Positions 1-13,487 of a stretch of 64,000 bases of DNA are shown one piece after another. Where the stretch lies: positions 25,052,337-25,116,336 of the forward strand of contig NC_092672.1 of the NCBI RefSeq assembly GCF_964355755.1, read 5' to 3'. The notes below the pieces were generated by a model. The model was not told where the DNA came from and did not search any database. It saw only the letters and a program-made list of their open reading frames with translations. A program made the translations under genes and the position numbers. The stretch is from Antedon mediterranea (taxonomy: Eukaryota; Animalia; Echinodermata). The first letter of the stretch is position 1. The number at the start of each line of letters is the position of its first letter.

Positions 1-112
1 CAAAAATAAGCTCAGATGCCGGTGGTGAGCAAAATATGCGCACTAAAAATAACTTTGGAAAACACCCACCCTAGTTTCAAAACAAGATCGCATGTCACGA
101 GGTTAAAATAAA

Positions 113-773
113 CGCTGTGTTTAGGATTCCTAAACCGGAACTCAACTGTCTACCGTTAGGGAATCCGACACGCTATTGCGCATGCCCAGAGCTCTGGGAA
201 GTGAATTATAGCTTGTGCCACACACACACACCACACTACCACTGCTGCATGCTGAGAGTCGGAGTGTTAGGATTTACTGTAGCCTAATTAGTCGTTGCGC
301 GAGCAAGAGAGCGATGGATGAAACTTGGCCTAGGCCATACATGAATTAATAATTAAAATACGACTACGTCACGCGTTAAAATAATTATTATGATATTAAT
401 AAGAATCAGTATCTATCTACCGTGAGAATCGTAATGCTGTTTTTAGCGTTGCGACCACAACTTCCCGAACAGTTTTTTCACATCCACGCGGTGGCTGCCG
501 TCAACAAATTAACTTGTGATTGCATGTTATCAAAGATAGTGTAGTAGGAAGATGTTACACTCCCTATTCGTTCAATGCAAATAAAAGCGAGACAACATGG
601 AGCTAAATTTAAAGGGCGCCTAGCACGTCGAGTAGGGATACGGAAGGTTATTGTGGAAATAGGCTATATAACAGAAGAATAATATGACTGTAAAATTAAG
701 ATTTAATACGAATTAACATATACAATGTACTGTTGGGCAGTTGAGTTCCGGTGCCGTAATCCTAACCACGGCG
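113..773. mobile_element. Mutator-like MITE
   Basis: Imperfect ~40-bp TIRs (cgctgtgtttaggatt...ccggaactcaactg / cagttgagttccgg...aatcctaaccacggcg) and a 9-bp TSD taaaataaa (104-112, 774-782). Confidence 0.75.
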
Positions 774-3536
774 TAAAATAAAAGGTGATGCAATTATTTT
801 GTTATCAATCAGGTTTTTTTTTTATTTTAAACTCTCCAAAATTTATTTTCTGCAATTAAAATTATAATTTTAATAAAAATATATTTTCCGTAAAATAATC
901 TAATTAATTTAGTATTAGTATAAGACTAACATCAATTCTTTTCAAAACTACACTGTTTTATTTGACATTACGTGAACCTGAAAATCGCCAACGAAAGGTC
1001 AACGATGTTACACCAATACCACACATGGATAAGTAGCCTGCTACCAAGATCGGGCCCAATGCGACAGGCCCAAGTTTTTAGGGCTTTGATGACTAGTTGA
1101 CGCACGATTTTACTGATATAGAAAAGATTATTTAAGTTCAGTTTATTAGGGTTAGATTGATTTTTAGGAGTTTAATTGATTATTTTGCGGTTAGGTCTAG
1201 GGATGGCCTAAGCCTCTCCCTATTTTATTTATGGGCCTGGCTGTCCATAGTCAGTCCTGATTGTTTTAAAAAACATGGTAACAGACCTACCTACTGGCCT
1301 AGATTTAACAAATCAAAAGACATGTCTTTTTGTTTTACCCTTTCTTTACACCACCAGTACATTTACACATTACTGATAATGATATCATCTATTATTTCCT
1401 GTATAATGGTTTTCACCCATATGCCTATTCTTTTCATAGGAGTCTACAATTAACAATAGGTCTGTAGTTCATTTCCTTTAATGTTTATTGGATTCTGTTC
1501 TTTGTTCATTATATTGTCTATCTACAAAATTAGCAGGCACAGAATAATAAAAACACATTCAAGTGAAACTTGTAATTATATCAGGTGCTTAATTAATATT
1601 TTGATTAATTTTCAACATGTAAATTGTCCAATTGAAATGCGTTGTTTTGTCAAATAAGTTGACACCAGTATGTTTCCTTGTACTAATAGGCCTTTGTTAA
1701 ATAATATTTATTTATTTTACTTACTCTGGAAGCACCCTCATTCAAGAAGTGTGCCACTGTTTCTAAAGTGTAGCTTCCAAATAAATTATTATATTATATG
1801 TAAAAAAAGTGGAGTAAAGTTACTTTAGGTAACTAATTATAAAGGCATTCATTTTAAATGTGTTATAATTATAGCTAGAATTCTTTATTTTGTTATTTAC
1901 TTTATTAATATTAAAAATAAACTTCCAACAGCAAGGAGTTATTTAATTACTTATGTGTACACATTCAGAATACCAAAGAAATTTTATAGTGAAAATACCT
2001 CTATGAGAATCCCTACCAACTGTACTATCTTCAGTTCAGACTAGCCAGCAAGTTTGGAATAGCCAACATGCATTTGAGCAGTGGGGTGCGTGTGATAATT
2101 AGAATAGCCACAAGGATATCTCAGAAAAATTAGATATTTTATCATAACTTTTGAACTACTGGACAGATTTTTTTGAAAAAAAATCTATAATAATTCTTAA
2201 AATAATGCAAGACTATAGCAATCATGCTTAATAACGAAAAAGTTATTGTGAATATTACTGAAATTGTGTTCAGGCAGAATGAGTTTATATCACACTTCCT
2301 GTTCACCAAGATAAATTAAACAGATAAGATTTTAATCCTTTTTTTCCACTTTGACTGGTGACTCTACTTGTAATGATTGTTTATTCTTACTATAGGCACG
2401 CCTATGCCTGAACCTATTACAGTTATGGTATGCACTAAATATGTCCATCATTATGCGATTAAATATTATCCTTATTTAGGCTATTTATTAAATAATAATA
2501 TATTACGAACTGAGGCCTACTATATAGTAGGCCTATGTGTAGCCACAAATCGTTAAACGATATATAATTTAGTCCTACAATTTCACTGAACTCTAAGTAT
2601 GTGATCGTAAAAATCATATATTTTATGATATTAATATCATAAATAATTTAATTATACAATATCAGACTAAAATAAAAGAATTTTAGTTTTACTGAAACAT
2701 AAATTAAATGTCATATACAGTAATAAAAATAAGAAATTGTGTCGTTGAATTCTAATATACGTATATTTTTGAATATTCATGAGAACAAATTATATAATTT
2801 TTTTCATGCGCGCACTAAAATATGATTTTAAAATAAGTCTTTAATATGCTAAAAAATGCACTAGGGTTATTAAATTAAAAAGTTGCTTAAACGGTAAAAT
2901 TTCGATTGATAAAAAATATGATTAATTTGTTAGCTGGTATAAAAACTGCGATATCTCCGTGAAAATTTACTCGATTTTTAAACGGTTTTTTCGAGAAAAA
3001 AGCTCAAAGAACAATGATGTATGATGTATTAGAAACTACTGCGCAGCCTCCGTTTACTTTTACTGAAAAAATGGTTTACAAATTGATAACTGTATTTCAA
3101 ATGAAGACTATGTTATTGTTACATGCAAAAAAGCACTGAATTCAAGACTGACATTTTTGTACAGGCATGCTAACTTCTTAGACATGCAAAGTAGACACTT
3201 TTATGCTCTGCAATAATTCAATGTGTTTTCGACTACTGTATGCTACATCAGTCTGGTATTCTGGTATAACTTCACTCCTCAAAATAAACTGTAACCCTAA
3301 ATAAAATTGTACAGTTTTTTCTTATCACCCACTAACAATCAACCACTAATGAAACAATTTCATTAACCACTAACGTAATAACAGTAGAAAATGTGGGTTA
3401 TTTTGGAAATATTCTGGAATTTTTGTGGAGAAAACATTTTTGAATTTGTTGAACTTCAGTTTTAATCCTATGTGTGTTCTCTATGTTTTTCTTCTCCGAG
3501 ACAAATATGTTACTACATTTTTCACATGTACAGTAT

Positions 3537-3602
3537 GTCTAGTGGTATGATTCTCGCTTGGGGTGCGAGAGGTCCCGGGTTCAATTCGCGGACGAGCCCC
3601 CA
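3537..3602 (+). pseudogene. tRNA-Pro retropseudogene (positions 10-76, anticodon reads GGG, encoded CCA)
   Basis: GTCTAGTGGTATGATTCTCGCTT-GGG-GTGCGAGAGGTCCCGGGTTCAATTCGCGGACGAGCCC-CCA matches metazoan tRNA-Pro but lacks the 5' acceptor strand GGCTCGTTG. Confidence 0.9.
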
Positions 3603-4203
3603 TAAATATCACACAGCCGCAATTACGGCTCTTTCGGACATGTAATATCTGGTAACAAACGGTAAACAACGGTAAATAGCCACAACTGTACACATATAAA
3701 TGCAAAAAGTAAATTTAATAATAATCTTTGACAAACAATTCTTTCTTTTATAATCTAAACCCCCCAAAAAAAAACCACAAAAAAAACCCAACCAATTCTC
3801 AAACAATGATACAGTATCCCTATTCCCCACAAAATTTATACACTTTCCCAAATTCCCAATCCTTCCAGACAAAAAAACCAACAATCTTCTTTATTGTCAA
3901 ATAAATCCCAGCAACCCCCCTTTCAAATACAATAATATCACAAGATGAATGATTAAACAATAATAAATGTCCACAATATCGTTCCTTCTTGCCTTTCCTC
4001 CTACGCTGACACAAAAACAAATTAGAAAGATAAAAGTTACAACGATTCTGCAACTAAACAACTCCCACGCCTCTGCTCCCGTTCTGCTTGTATTCCCAAT
4101 TATAATTCTTCTCAAACTGTAACTATTTTCTGACATCATAAATAAATGAAATATAAAGTTAAGATGTTTCTTGATGTCTTTCTGTACTGCCTTATAGTAT
4201 TAC

Positions 4204-4585
4204 TTCCAACTCACAATTTATTAACTTCATGTATATCGCTTTATTTCCTTTCTGCTTCAGCTCTACATCACCATAATTATTTCCAACTCACAATTTATTA
4301 ACTTCATGTATATCACTATATTTCCTTTCTGCTTCAGCTCTATATCACCATAATTATTTCCAACTCACAATTTATTAACTTCATGTATATCACTTTATTT
4401 CCTTTCTGCTTCAGCTCTATATCACCATAATTATTTCCAACTCACAATTTATTAACTTCATGTATATCACTGTATTTCCTTTCTGCTTCAGCTCTATATC
4501 ACCATACCTATTTCCAACGCACAATTTATTAACTTCATGTATATCACTTTATTTCCTCTCTGCTTCAGCTCTATATCACCATAAC
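4204..4585. repeat. Tandem repeat, ~77-bp unit, ~5 copies
   Basis: Repeated unit ttccaactcacaatttattaacttcatgtatatcactttatttcctttctgcttcagctctatatcaccataattat. Confidence 0.95.
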
Positions 4586-6103
4586 TCAATTACTTCTTCT
4601 CCTGTACGTCTTAATTTCTCCTATCCATATTCACCTATCCCTTTCTGGCTTATCATAACATAGCCCTCCTTCTCTGTCTCCTCTCAATTTCCATCTCCCT
4701 CAAAATTCCCTCAATTATACACATACCACCACCTTATCCTTCTCAACCAATCCGCAACTCACACACCAACTCAACTCTTACACCTCTCCTCCAATCAGCA
4801 ACCTCCACACACTCCACACACACTTCTCTGCACACACACACACTCTGCTCCACTGACTTCAAACAATAGTTCCCTAAAACAAAAGAAAGGTTCAAATAAT
4901 GAAAACAAAAGGAAAAGTAAGAATGACTTGCAAAATAAATACAAAACTCATGTCACTTGTGACACAGTACGCTCATGAACTTTTGTCTGTCCCACTTAAT
5001 AAAGTTGAATTGTCGAGTTTGTTGAATTTAGCCTGGTTAGTGTCTGTCCGTTCATTCGTTGATTTAATATTTTAACTGTAGGACATGTGTACAGTATAGG
5101 GTCTTTACTTTTTATAGGGTCTATTGAACCTAGTTTGACTGACTGTCCATCCTTCTGTTCTCCCTTTTGACTTCGGCCTATTAGAACAAAGCAAAAACCA
5201 AATTACCCTATCTAATTATAATTTGAGTAGAATATAGAAAATGATAATGAAATATAATGAAACACCTAACTTTTTCTTCAAATATGTTTGATACAGAGAT
5301 GCTGTACTGACACTTTTTTTGTGCAATTGTTGTGTATTAAAATTGATTGGGAAAAAGAAATCACAAAACATTTTAATCTTTTGTAGTTTATTGTAAAGAA
5401 CATTGTTTTTATTTCATTTTCATAAATAGTAGTATACACTTACATATAAATATAATTCAGTACTGTACTGTAATACTTAAAAACATAGGGCTACAAGTTT
5501 CATGCAGTTAAGGTACAGTAAGGGGAATCATTGGACAGTATTAAACAGTTAACATTTAGAAAAAAAATGTATTACACAGGAGGTATGTGGAGGATGGGTA
5601 GGGTTGAAATAAGCACAATGGTGGTACTTACCTGACTGAATGTTGAATACTGATTGTTGAATGTGTCTCTCCTGGCGGAAGGAAACAACAATTTACAAAA
5701 GAATGCCATAACATGTGGAGTAGCGTGATTGTTGTTCACCTAGTTGTGTGTGTGTGTTATTATAACATTTATTTTATCAAAATATTAAAACCACTTTAAA
5801 AATGAAATAAAAAATGTTTACATGGAACCACACGTAATACACAAAACAGTGATATTTATTAGGCCGTCATCCTTTCACCCACTAACAAGTTTTACAATAA
5901 CAAACCTTTTTTCTCATACTCTCTCTCTCTCTCTCTCTCTCTGGAAATGTGACTTATCTCCAACTTTCCATACGGAAAGTCTTACGATTAAAAAATTGAT
6001 GGCCGGATGGGAACGGACTGATAATTTTAAAAATGAAAATTTGTTTTAATTAGATTAAAATTTACATTTCCATCTGATAATTAAGACACTGTCTAAAGGT
6101 TAA

Positions 6104-8101
6104 AGGGGGATTCTGGGTTTAAAATTGCTTTTAAATGTCGTTTATTTATTAAATAAAAAATATTATAAAAATATAGACATGTCAGAATGAAGAAATAATA
6201 ACGAGAAATAAAAAAATAAAATTTCATATACATTTTAGGGTAAATTCATGGAAAGTCTGTTTTTCAGCAGCTTAGGGAAGCTCATTAATATTCATGAGAT
6301 ATTCACAAAATCACGTCATCAGTGGATTCCAAACTCGCGACGTCATGTACGTTGTGTTTTTCAATCTCCCCTGTCAAACGACGACCACCCGATCATTGTG
6401 AAATACATTATTTGTAGGTTTTCTAAGCTAGGCCTGAAGTGTAATAATAACAGTAGTAGCATATATTTATTTGACATTTAATAAAATACAAAATTTAGTA
6501 CAGATTACGGAGTCATAAATTATATACTATTTTTATACCTCGAATAGTACAGATCCGTACTATCGGCTTCACGTACTAGGCTAGGCCTAGCCTTAATCAT
6601 TTTTTTTCATGGGTGAGAGCCATTCTGACTAGAGATTAAAACGCTAAAACATTGGGGTCCATCATGGGCCTAGCTAGCCTACTACTAAACGATTGGCCCA
6701 TAAATAACAAAACTCAGTGGATTCCAAACCCATCCTATCAACCAAACTCCTAAACAATCTAAACCTAAAACATTCTACAAAATCGGCTGTAAATATCGCC
6801 GTTCGCCGTCCGCACGTATGATGTCCCGATCGTCTAAGTAGGCCTAAAATAGGCCTAGGCCCTAGGCCTAGTTTACTCTCCAAAAAAGCGGATACTACTG
6901 CATCAAGCAAGTAGACCAGTAGTAGGAAGGAGACCTAGCCGATCCGACCCAGTTAAAAATTGAGCTAGCTAGTGTAGTAGACCCTATGCGAATTGATACT
7001 ACCAGGCCTTTTACTAGGCTACACTTCTTAAAATTAGCAATACTTATGTTTACAAATATTCCAACTCTCTCATTCGAGCTATATTATCTATACCATTCCG
7101 GTAGGTCGAGTCGACCTTCAATCAAATACTGTACATCGTTCATGTTGTAATTATAGACGGGGTATACTCTCGACCCGACCAGTTTGGTATTGTATACTGT
7201 ATCTGCTTATCACGTGACGATGCCAGGCATGGGTAGATAGAGCACGTGTATCGTCGTCTCGCTCTCCTCGCTCTCAGCAGGAATGTATACGTTACGCTTC
7301 ATTGATTTTGAAGGCTTTCCCTAAAGCCCGGCGCACACTAGAGCTTCCGGCTGAGCCAACTGGCACGAGTAACACTTGCCTCAAGTGTGCGCCGGGGATT
7401 TCGTGAGGAATCGGCCACGCGTGCCGCTGAGGAAAATATCTATCGTGTTTAATATTTTTTGGCACGCGTGCCATTTTCCTCAAGTGTGCGCCGAACGTGA
7501 GCTTCCTGCTCACTAAAAAATTCCACTGCGCCTGACATGTTCTGATTTATTATGATATTTCAGCGCGTGCTGTATAGCGTAGTAAGTAATTATCCAATCA
7601 GAAAATCGTGTACTGAAGGCGTTTAGTGTGCGTCCGATAGAACGCGAACATAGTTTGCGGCAAATTTTTTAGTGAGCCAATTGTTACTCGTGCCAGATGG
7701 CTCAGCCGAAAGCTCCAGTGTGCGCCAGGCTTAAGTCAGTGCGAAAATCGGCAAACGTAAAGTGCAAACATATCTAATTTTTCACTGTTTTGATGAATTT
7801 TCATAGAACATTGACTTTATAAATGGGAAGACCGACTAAAATTACATCAGATAAGTATAATTTTACAAAAGTAATTGATATGGTTAATGATAACGAGTCG
7901 TCGGAAGATTGACCATTTCACTAATTTCCTATTCTGTAACACAGTGTCATATCGCCGTAGCTGCACTTGTAATCTGGCCTCATTTCACAGCCTTCGTTCT
8001 GCTTCACTGGGCGCTTATATAAATTGAAACTTTTACCGTTCAAGAGACAAACAAATATATTTTACATTTTTTACTATTCATTTTAAACCCGGAACCCCCC
8101 T
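6104..8101. mobile_element. Kolobok-like non-autonomous DNA transposon
   Basis: TTAA|agggggattctgggtttaaaat ... attttaaacccggaacccccct|TTAA: TTAA TSD and AG...CT termini. Confidence 0.7.
7325..7731. mobile_element. PIF/Harbinger-like MITE nested in the Kolobok-like element
   Basis: ~50-bp TIR agcccggcgcacactagagcttccggctgagcca... and a TAA TSD on both sides. Confidence 0.8.
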
Positions 8102-8519
8102 TTAAAACATTGAAGTATAGATAAGTAAACAAAGATTTTGGTTAAGTTTAATTTAGTAGTCAAACCATTATTTATCCAACGAGAGTTGGCGGACAAACAA
8201 ACATAACTCGAATCCTAGATTTTTTAACTTTCAAAGCATAACTAGTGGTTAAAATGTTGTTATGTTAGTGGTAATGTATTACATTATTGTTAATGCTATA
8301 TTAGTGGTTAATTTTTGTTATAAATGTGTCATTTTAACAGAACAAATACCCAGAGATACATTATAGCATTTATGTTTAAGAGTTCAGTTAATAGTCCTAT
8401 TTTGATATTTGTGTCTTTTTTGGTTTTCATTAATTCTAAAAGCAAGTAATATAATTTGAAATACAAATTGCAGAGTTGTAAAATAAATGTTTCAAACATG
8501 CAGTTGCAAATAAAAAAAA

Positions 8520-8628
8520 GGCAAATTACTAAAAGTAATGACAATGCTGTGGGTGGCTGGATCTCAATGGAAATAAAAAAACAAAAAGCTAAATCAAAAC
8601 GATAAAGTAAAAGTTAAAACAGCCAGAC
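8520..8628. repeat. Dispersed repeat fragment, also at 60900-61010 (Penelope-like terminal region)
   Basis: atgacaatgctgtgggt..ggctggatctcaatgga..aaagctaaatcaaaacgataaagtaaa is shared by both loci. Confidence 0.7.
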
Positions 8629-8913
8629 ATTTTAATATAGATATCTTCTTTATTGTTTGTGTATAAATGGACATTTATTTATGTTTTGTTAATATTTTTT
8701 AATTATGTCAGTCACATATTTTCCATCCTCATGTTTGGTGTAGGACATTAAAACTGCATTTATTGTCATGTTTTCTGAGCTTTCAAAGTCTGTTCTTTAA
8801 TATCAGGTGAAACTGGAGAACAACCTGGTTGAATATTCTAGCACTCTAATATCGTTCTATGTTTAATAATGTCTTGATTTGTGGTGAAAGGAATGTTTGA
8901 TAGTTGGTCTTAA

Positions 8914-10436
8914 CAGTGGCAGATCCAGAGGTAGAAAGTAAAGTACTTTGAATTCATTAATTAAAACACATTGTTTCAGCGCCGTGCTAATTTAGTCTTT
9001 ATTAGAGGTTGCCATTGCTGTTGCTGTCGTCACACAAAATTATTGTTATGGGTGTTTTGCTAAGTGGTATGACACATGTTCTTCTGCTGCCTAGCTAGAT
9101 AATTCTGAAGAATATTATCAGCCTAGACATAGAGCGCACATGACAAATATTTGAATACTCATTTACCCAAGCGATTCCTATACTGTAATTTGAAAACAGT
9201 CCTGATAGTCTCTCCAAAACATTGGAGAGTTTGTGTGATTGAAAACTACTGAAAAGATGTTCAATTGCATTTTTTGATGACTATAAACCCTGCAACCAGT
9301 GCATCAGCAGAGCGAGAAAATTTAGCTCTGGAGACTGTAAAAAATTATCTTTGAGATACCATAATGGAAGATCGACTAGATGCATTGTTATTGATCAGGA
9401 CATTAACCTTAATTATGATGTCATTATTCTTAAGTATGTGAATATGTATCCCCGCTGGATGAAGTATGTAGGCCTATTTTTATTTATTAAATTTACAGCA
9501 TTAATTGTTATTACATGTTATTGTTAAGATAATCAAATTAATAAGCAGTATAGAGATTCAGCCACTGATTACCACAGCATTGTCATTTTTTAGTAATTTT
9601 CCTTTTGACCTTTATTTTATTAAGATATAGACCTATAAGCCTAAAGCCCTAAAACACGCTCTTTCACTATGTATTATTTAACATAACTAGGGTAACATGA
9701 TAAATTTGAAGTTGCATCATTTTTTTAAAGTAGTTAATAATAGGTAGCTTTCGAAACACACGACACGCCGATTATCGAGATGCAAAAGACTGTGAAATCC
9801 TACTGCGCATGCGAGAGCAAAGCCAGTTTGTTCGGCCTGCTCATCACGAGATGAGATTCGGCTGATTTGGAAGACACGACTTGTACTACTGATTGTATTT
9901 TATTTAGAAAAATATTTAAGAACTGTTGTGTGATGACAATGTGTTATTAAATTAGACCCTAGTAGGGAAATGCGATCATCATCATGAATCATGGTGATGG
10001 CAGGTGCTTTGGTATTAGTGATCATGTGACAATGACCTGATCATAAAATTGAAACAGTTTATAATTCGTGACGCAAAAGGCATGCAACGGTATCCATGGT
10101 TGACTGACTTCCGCGTCTCGCGTCGCCACTTCGAAAGCTCACTATTACCATACCGGAAGTACCTTTATCAGGGAATTCCCCCTGATGGTCACATTGAACG
10201 TGTGTTTACCAGCGGAAAAAGTAGACTATGATCTTTTTACCAATTGTTAACACGCTATGGGAGTGTCATTTCCGGCCAACTATAGGTGCCATTTATCATA
10301 AATTTTACGTGCGAGAATACAATTTCATTTAACAAAATTTGCTTCACCACAGATCCCACCTGTGCCTCATGTACTTGGTGACTGGTCGCGTCCCCTCCCC
10401 CCTCCCCGCTTTACTACAAGGCTGGATCCGCCTTTG
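8914..10436 (+). mobile_element. Decayed hAT transposon with a transposase C-terminal remnant
   Basis: Putative TIRs cagtggcagatccag / ctggatccgcctttg. ~9275-9400 reads MTINPATSASAERENLALETVKNYL*DTIMEDRLDALLLI, the hAT dimerisation-domain pattern. No clear TSD. Confidence 0.65.
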
Positions 10437-13232
10437 TTTATGATGAGCAACAATGCCTGTTTTCTGTGTGGTAGAAGTACATATGATTGCAACTTCATTT
10501 TCCTTGTACCTCCTTGTACACACCTTGAAATTAAATTGCATAAATGAATAATTAAATATCAAAATGAATAATATTAAACATAATGTTAGTCCATCATGTA
10601 CTTCATATTTCATATCATAAAATGCTACCAGGCACTAATAATAGAATTAGAAGTCAGGCATATACAGTAGGCACATTGGTGGGCTGGTTTGTACTGTCAC
10701 ATCTGGACCGAATCGTCCTGAATTCAACTAGTTATAGTAGCCTATAGGCCTTGTAAGTAACGTAATGCTAAACCTAACCTAGTGTTAATTACATGCATTT
10801 GGTGTTTCAAGCTTATTTTTGGATGAACCAACCATACTTACCATCCTTTCGAAAAGTTTGAAATATGTGCGCCGAGCACATGCTATCTCTCAATATTTGC
10901 TAGCGATGACCTCTAAGTGATCTGATTGTGACGCAAGATTTATCGAATGCAGCATTTGGCAACTTGCAAATAAATTAGTCTGAAAACACATTTTTTGTAA
11001 AATGTGCCGTTCTAACATCGCTTAATAAATAAAAGGAACTAAAAGGTGTCCCAGCTCAAACGGCGCTAGCGGTTTTATTATATTAGGAGAAGATGGAGTA
11101 AATAGGCTTAATTGGTTATTGATTAGGCCACATAAAACCTCCTTTTTTAAAAACTTTTTTTTATAAAGTTGCCAAAGAAACACCACTGAAAAGGTCATTT
11201 TTTACTTTTATAAATTGCTAAATTGTGTGTGCGGCCAAATATTATTTGAAAGGTATTAAAACCCATTTCTAGACTGGTATTTTGTTTGGATATCGTGCAT
11301 GAAACTACCCCTACAGCATTGCAAAGAAGAATATTAATAGTTCTGAAGATTTTTTTTGTAATTATGATTTTATATAATTAGTATGTCACGGCAACATTGC
11401 CAGTGGGTTTGGTATGTTGTGGAGGGTGGACTCAAGACAAGAATAATATACATATAAAACACTATAATATTATATGTCCAGATTATCTACAGGTGAATTA
11501 TCTTCATGAGTCCATTTCCAATTTTACGTCGAAATACAGTACTCTTTGTTCATGTCACTCCCATATTTCCACTCCATCTTATCCATAATTTCTTCGGTGA
11601 TTTCTCTGATGTTTTCTAAGCTTAATCTTCTTAATCTTGGCACTTCTCTATTCTCAAGTGGCACTGTAACACAGACAAATATTACCGTAGTATACAGTTC
11701 ATTTACAGTACTTTATAACATTCATTAGAACAACAATCTATTTTATAAATATAACTATTCTACTTACAATGCAGCCTAATTCATTACTCGTACGCAAATC
11801 CCAATTTCATTGTCTTATGGTGACAATGCTCACTCGCTTCCCGTTGTCTACAAAAAGACTGTATGCGCTACTCCGCAATCTACACAAAACATCGTTATTC
11901 AAATAATTTGCTCATTACCATAATTATAGTGATCACCTGTTGGATTATTATTATTTTGTGACAAAGTAGTCAAATTTTGAAAATCATATTTCACAGTTTA
12001 AACATTTTAATCAAAAATACTATGTAGAAATGTTGTCATCAGTGACTTAACTATCAATACTGTGCAACTCCTTTTCATAACTGTCTCAGTTGTGGGTTCA
12101 CTTCCAGGATTCAACATTTTTTTGAATTACTACTTTTCTGAAATATGGTGAGGGACCTAAATGATGTATCTCTACAAAACATTAAAGACCCCCACCCTGC
12201 ATTGAGTAACTCTTTTAGAACAATTCTGTCCTTAACATTTTATAGCATGCAAATACAGGCTCCTGGCAAAGCAGCATAAAAGTGGACGTAGTTGTGCAAA
12301 CATGAGGGAGGATTTGCGACACGGATACGTCACACCAACTTATTCGTTTTTGTAAGCCAGTACAAATCGGTTTCGCATGGCAACGAAATATTGAGGGCGC
12401 CATCCAAAATATGACTGCTGTAAATTTGAATGAAGCACAGGTATATGTTGCAATGGAGGTTGCCTATAGGCCTAGTATAGCGAGAGAGGACTTTAAAAAC
12501 TGCTATTTATCAAAATTGACTTGGCATTTTTACTAAATTACTTTCAATAAATTATCTATAATTATATTATCATGAATCATTTTTTATTCAATGCAAAGTG
12601 TGCAAAATAGATAAAAAACTATGACTGGTGATTTTTGTCAACACAAATACACTTTACGAATATCAGCTCAAAAGTTTAACAAATGTATGACCTATCCGTT
12701 TCCATTATCGTATTCGTAAGGTTGCGAAACCTCCATATTATTTGGTGCCATCATATATCAACATCAATATAGGCTATGTAGAATCTGTAGCAAAACTAGC
12801 ATAGATATGACTAATTGTGCTTTTAATCAAATACTATAAAATGAAAATAGAGAATATTTAATCTTCTTTTAATGAATCACACAATCAAGTGTAAAATTGT
12901 ATTCAGAGATTTATTGAAAATTATGGTTTTAATTAATCTTTACCCAATTTGTAATAACAATGCTAAACAAAATAGGGTGAAGTTTAAACAACTTTTTAGT
13001 GTATAAATAAGTCATTTTTCAACTGTTATATCTACTTGATACTAGATTGTACCACGTCACAATGTTAGCAAACTTCCTGCTTTGTAGCCATACTTGAATT
13101 AAATGCCACTATCATTCCAAAATAGGGATAGGCTGCTGTGTAGTGTTCACACGTTCGGTTTTGAAATTCACTAGTAAATAATAAACCTTAGTTTCTGTCT
13201 ATAATAGCATTACTCCTAAAACAGCATATTTT

Positions 13233-13487
13233 TTTTTTTTTTATTTCATACTCATCCAACAGCGAGTAACCCGCCAATTACAGGATGGATAAACTATTTA
13301 AAATTTCACAAGACAAACATATACACAAGATGCTCTACATAAACAAAGACTTATTATTAAGTCTTTGGGAGTCGAGTTGTAAATTGTCATGAGAAAAAAC
13401 CCTGACATATGACAGGACTTGAACCCAGGACCCTTAGATTGGTAGCCAAGCATCATAACCACCAAGCCACAGCTCCACTCCACTCCA
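13233..13487 (-). mobile_element. tRNA-derived SINE
   Basis: Minus strand has an A box TGGCTTGGTGG, a B box GGTTCAAGTCC and a poly(A) tail; flanking duplication catatttt at 13225-13232 and 13488-13495. Confidence 0.8.

Noticed and set aside
3537-3602. Functional tRNA-Pro(GGG) gene or LTR primer-binding site
   Set aside because: The 5' acceptor strand is missing and the T stem has a mismatch. The match is 66 nt rather than ~18 nt, and no adjacent TG...CA LTR or gag/pol is seen.
3609-4139. Overlapping minus-strand ORFs in a strand-biased region
   Set aside because: No recognisable domain; possibly decayed retroelement sequence, but unsupported.
5625-5636. U1 snRNA 5' end (tacttacctg)
   Set aside because: The similarity does not extend; it is simply the complement of a splice donor.
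12182-12495. Possible further Kolobok-like MITE (ttaaagacccc...)
   Set aside because: The right terminus match is too weak to call.
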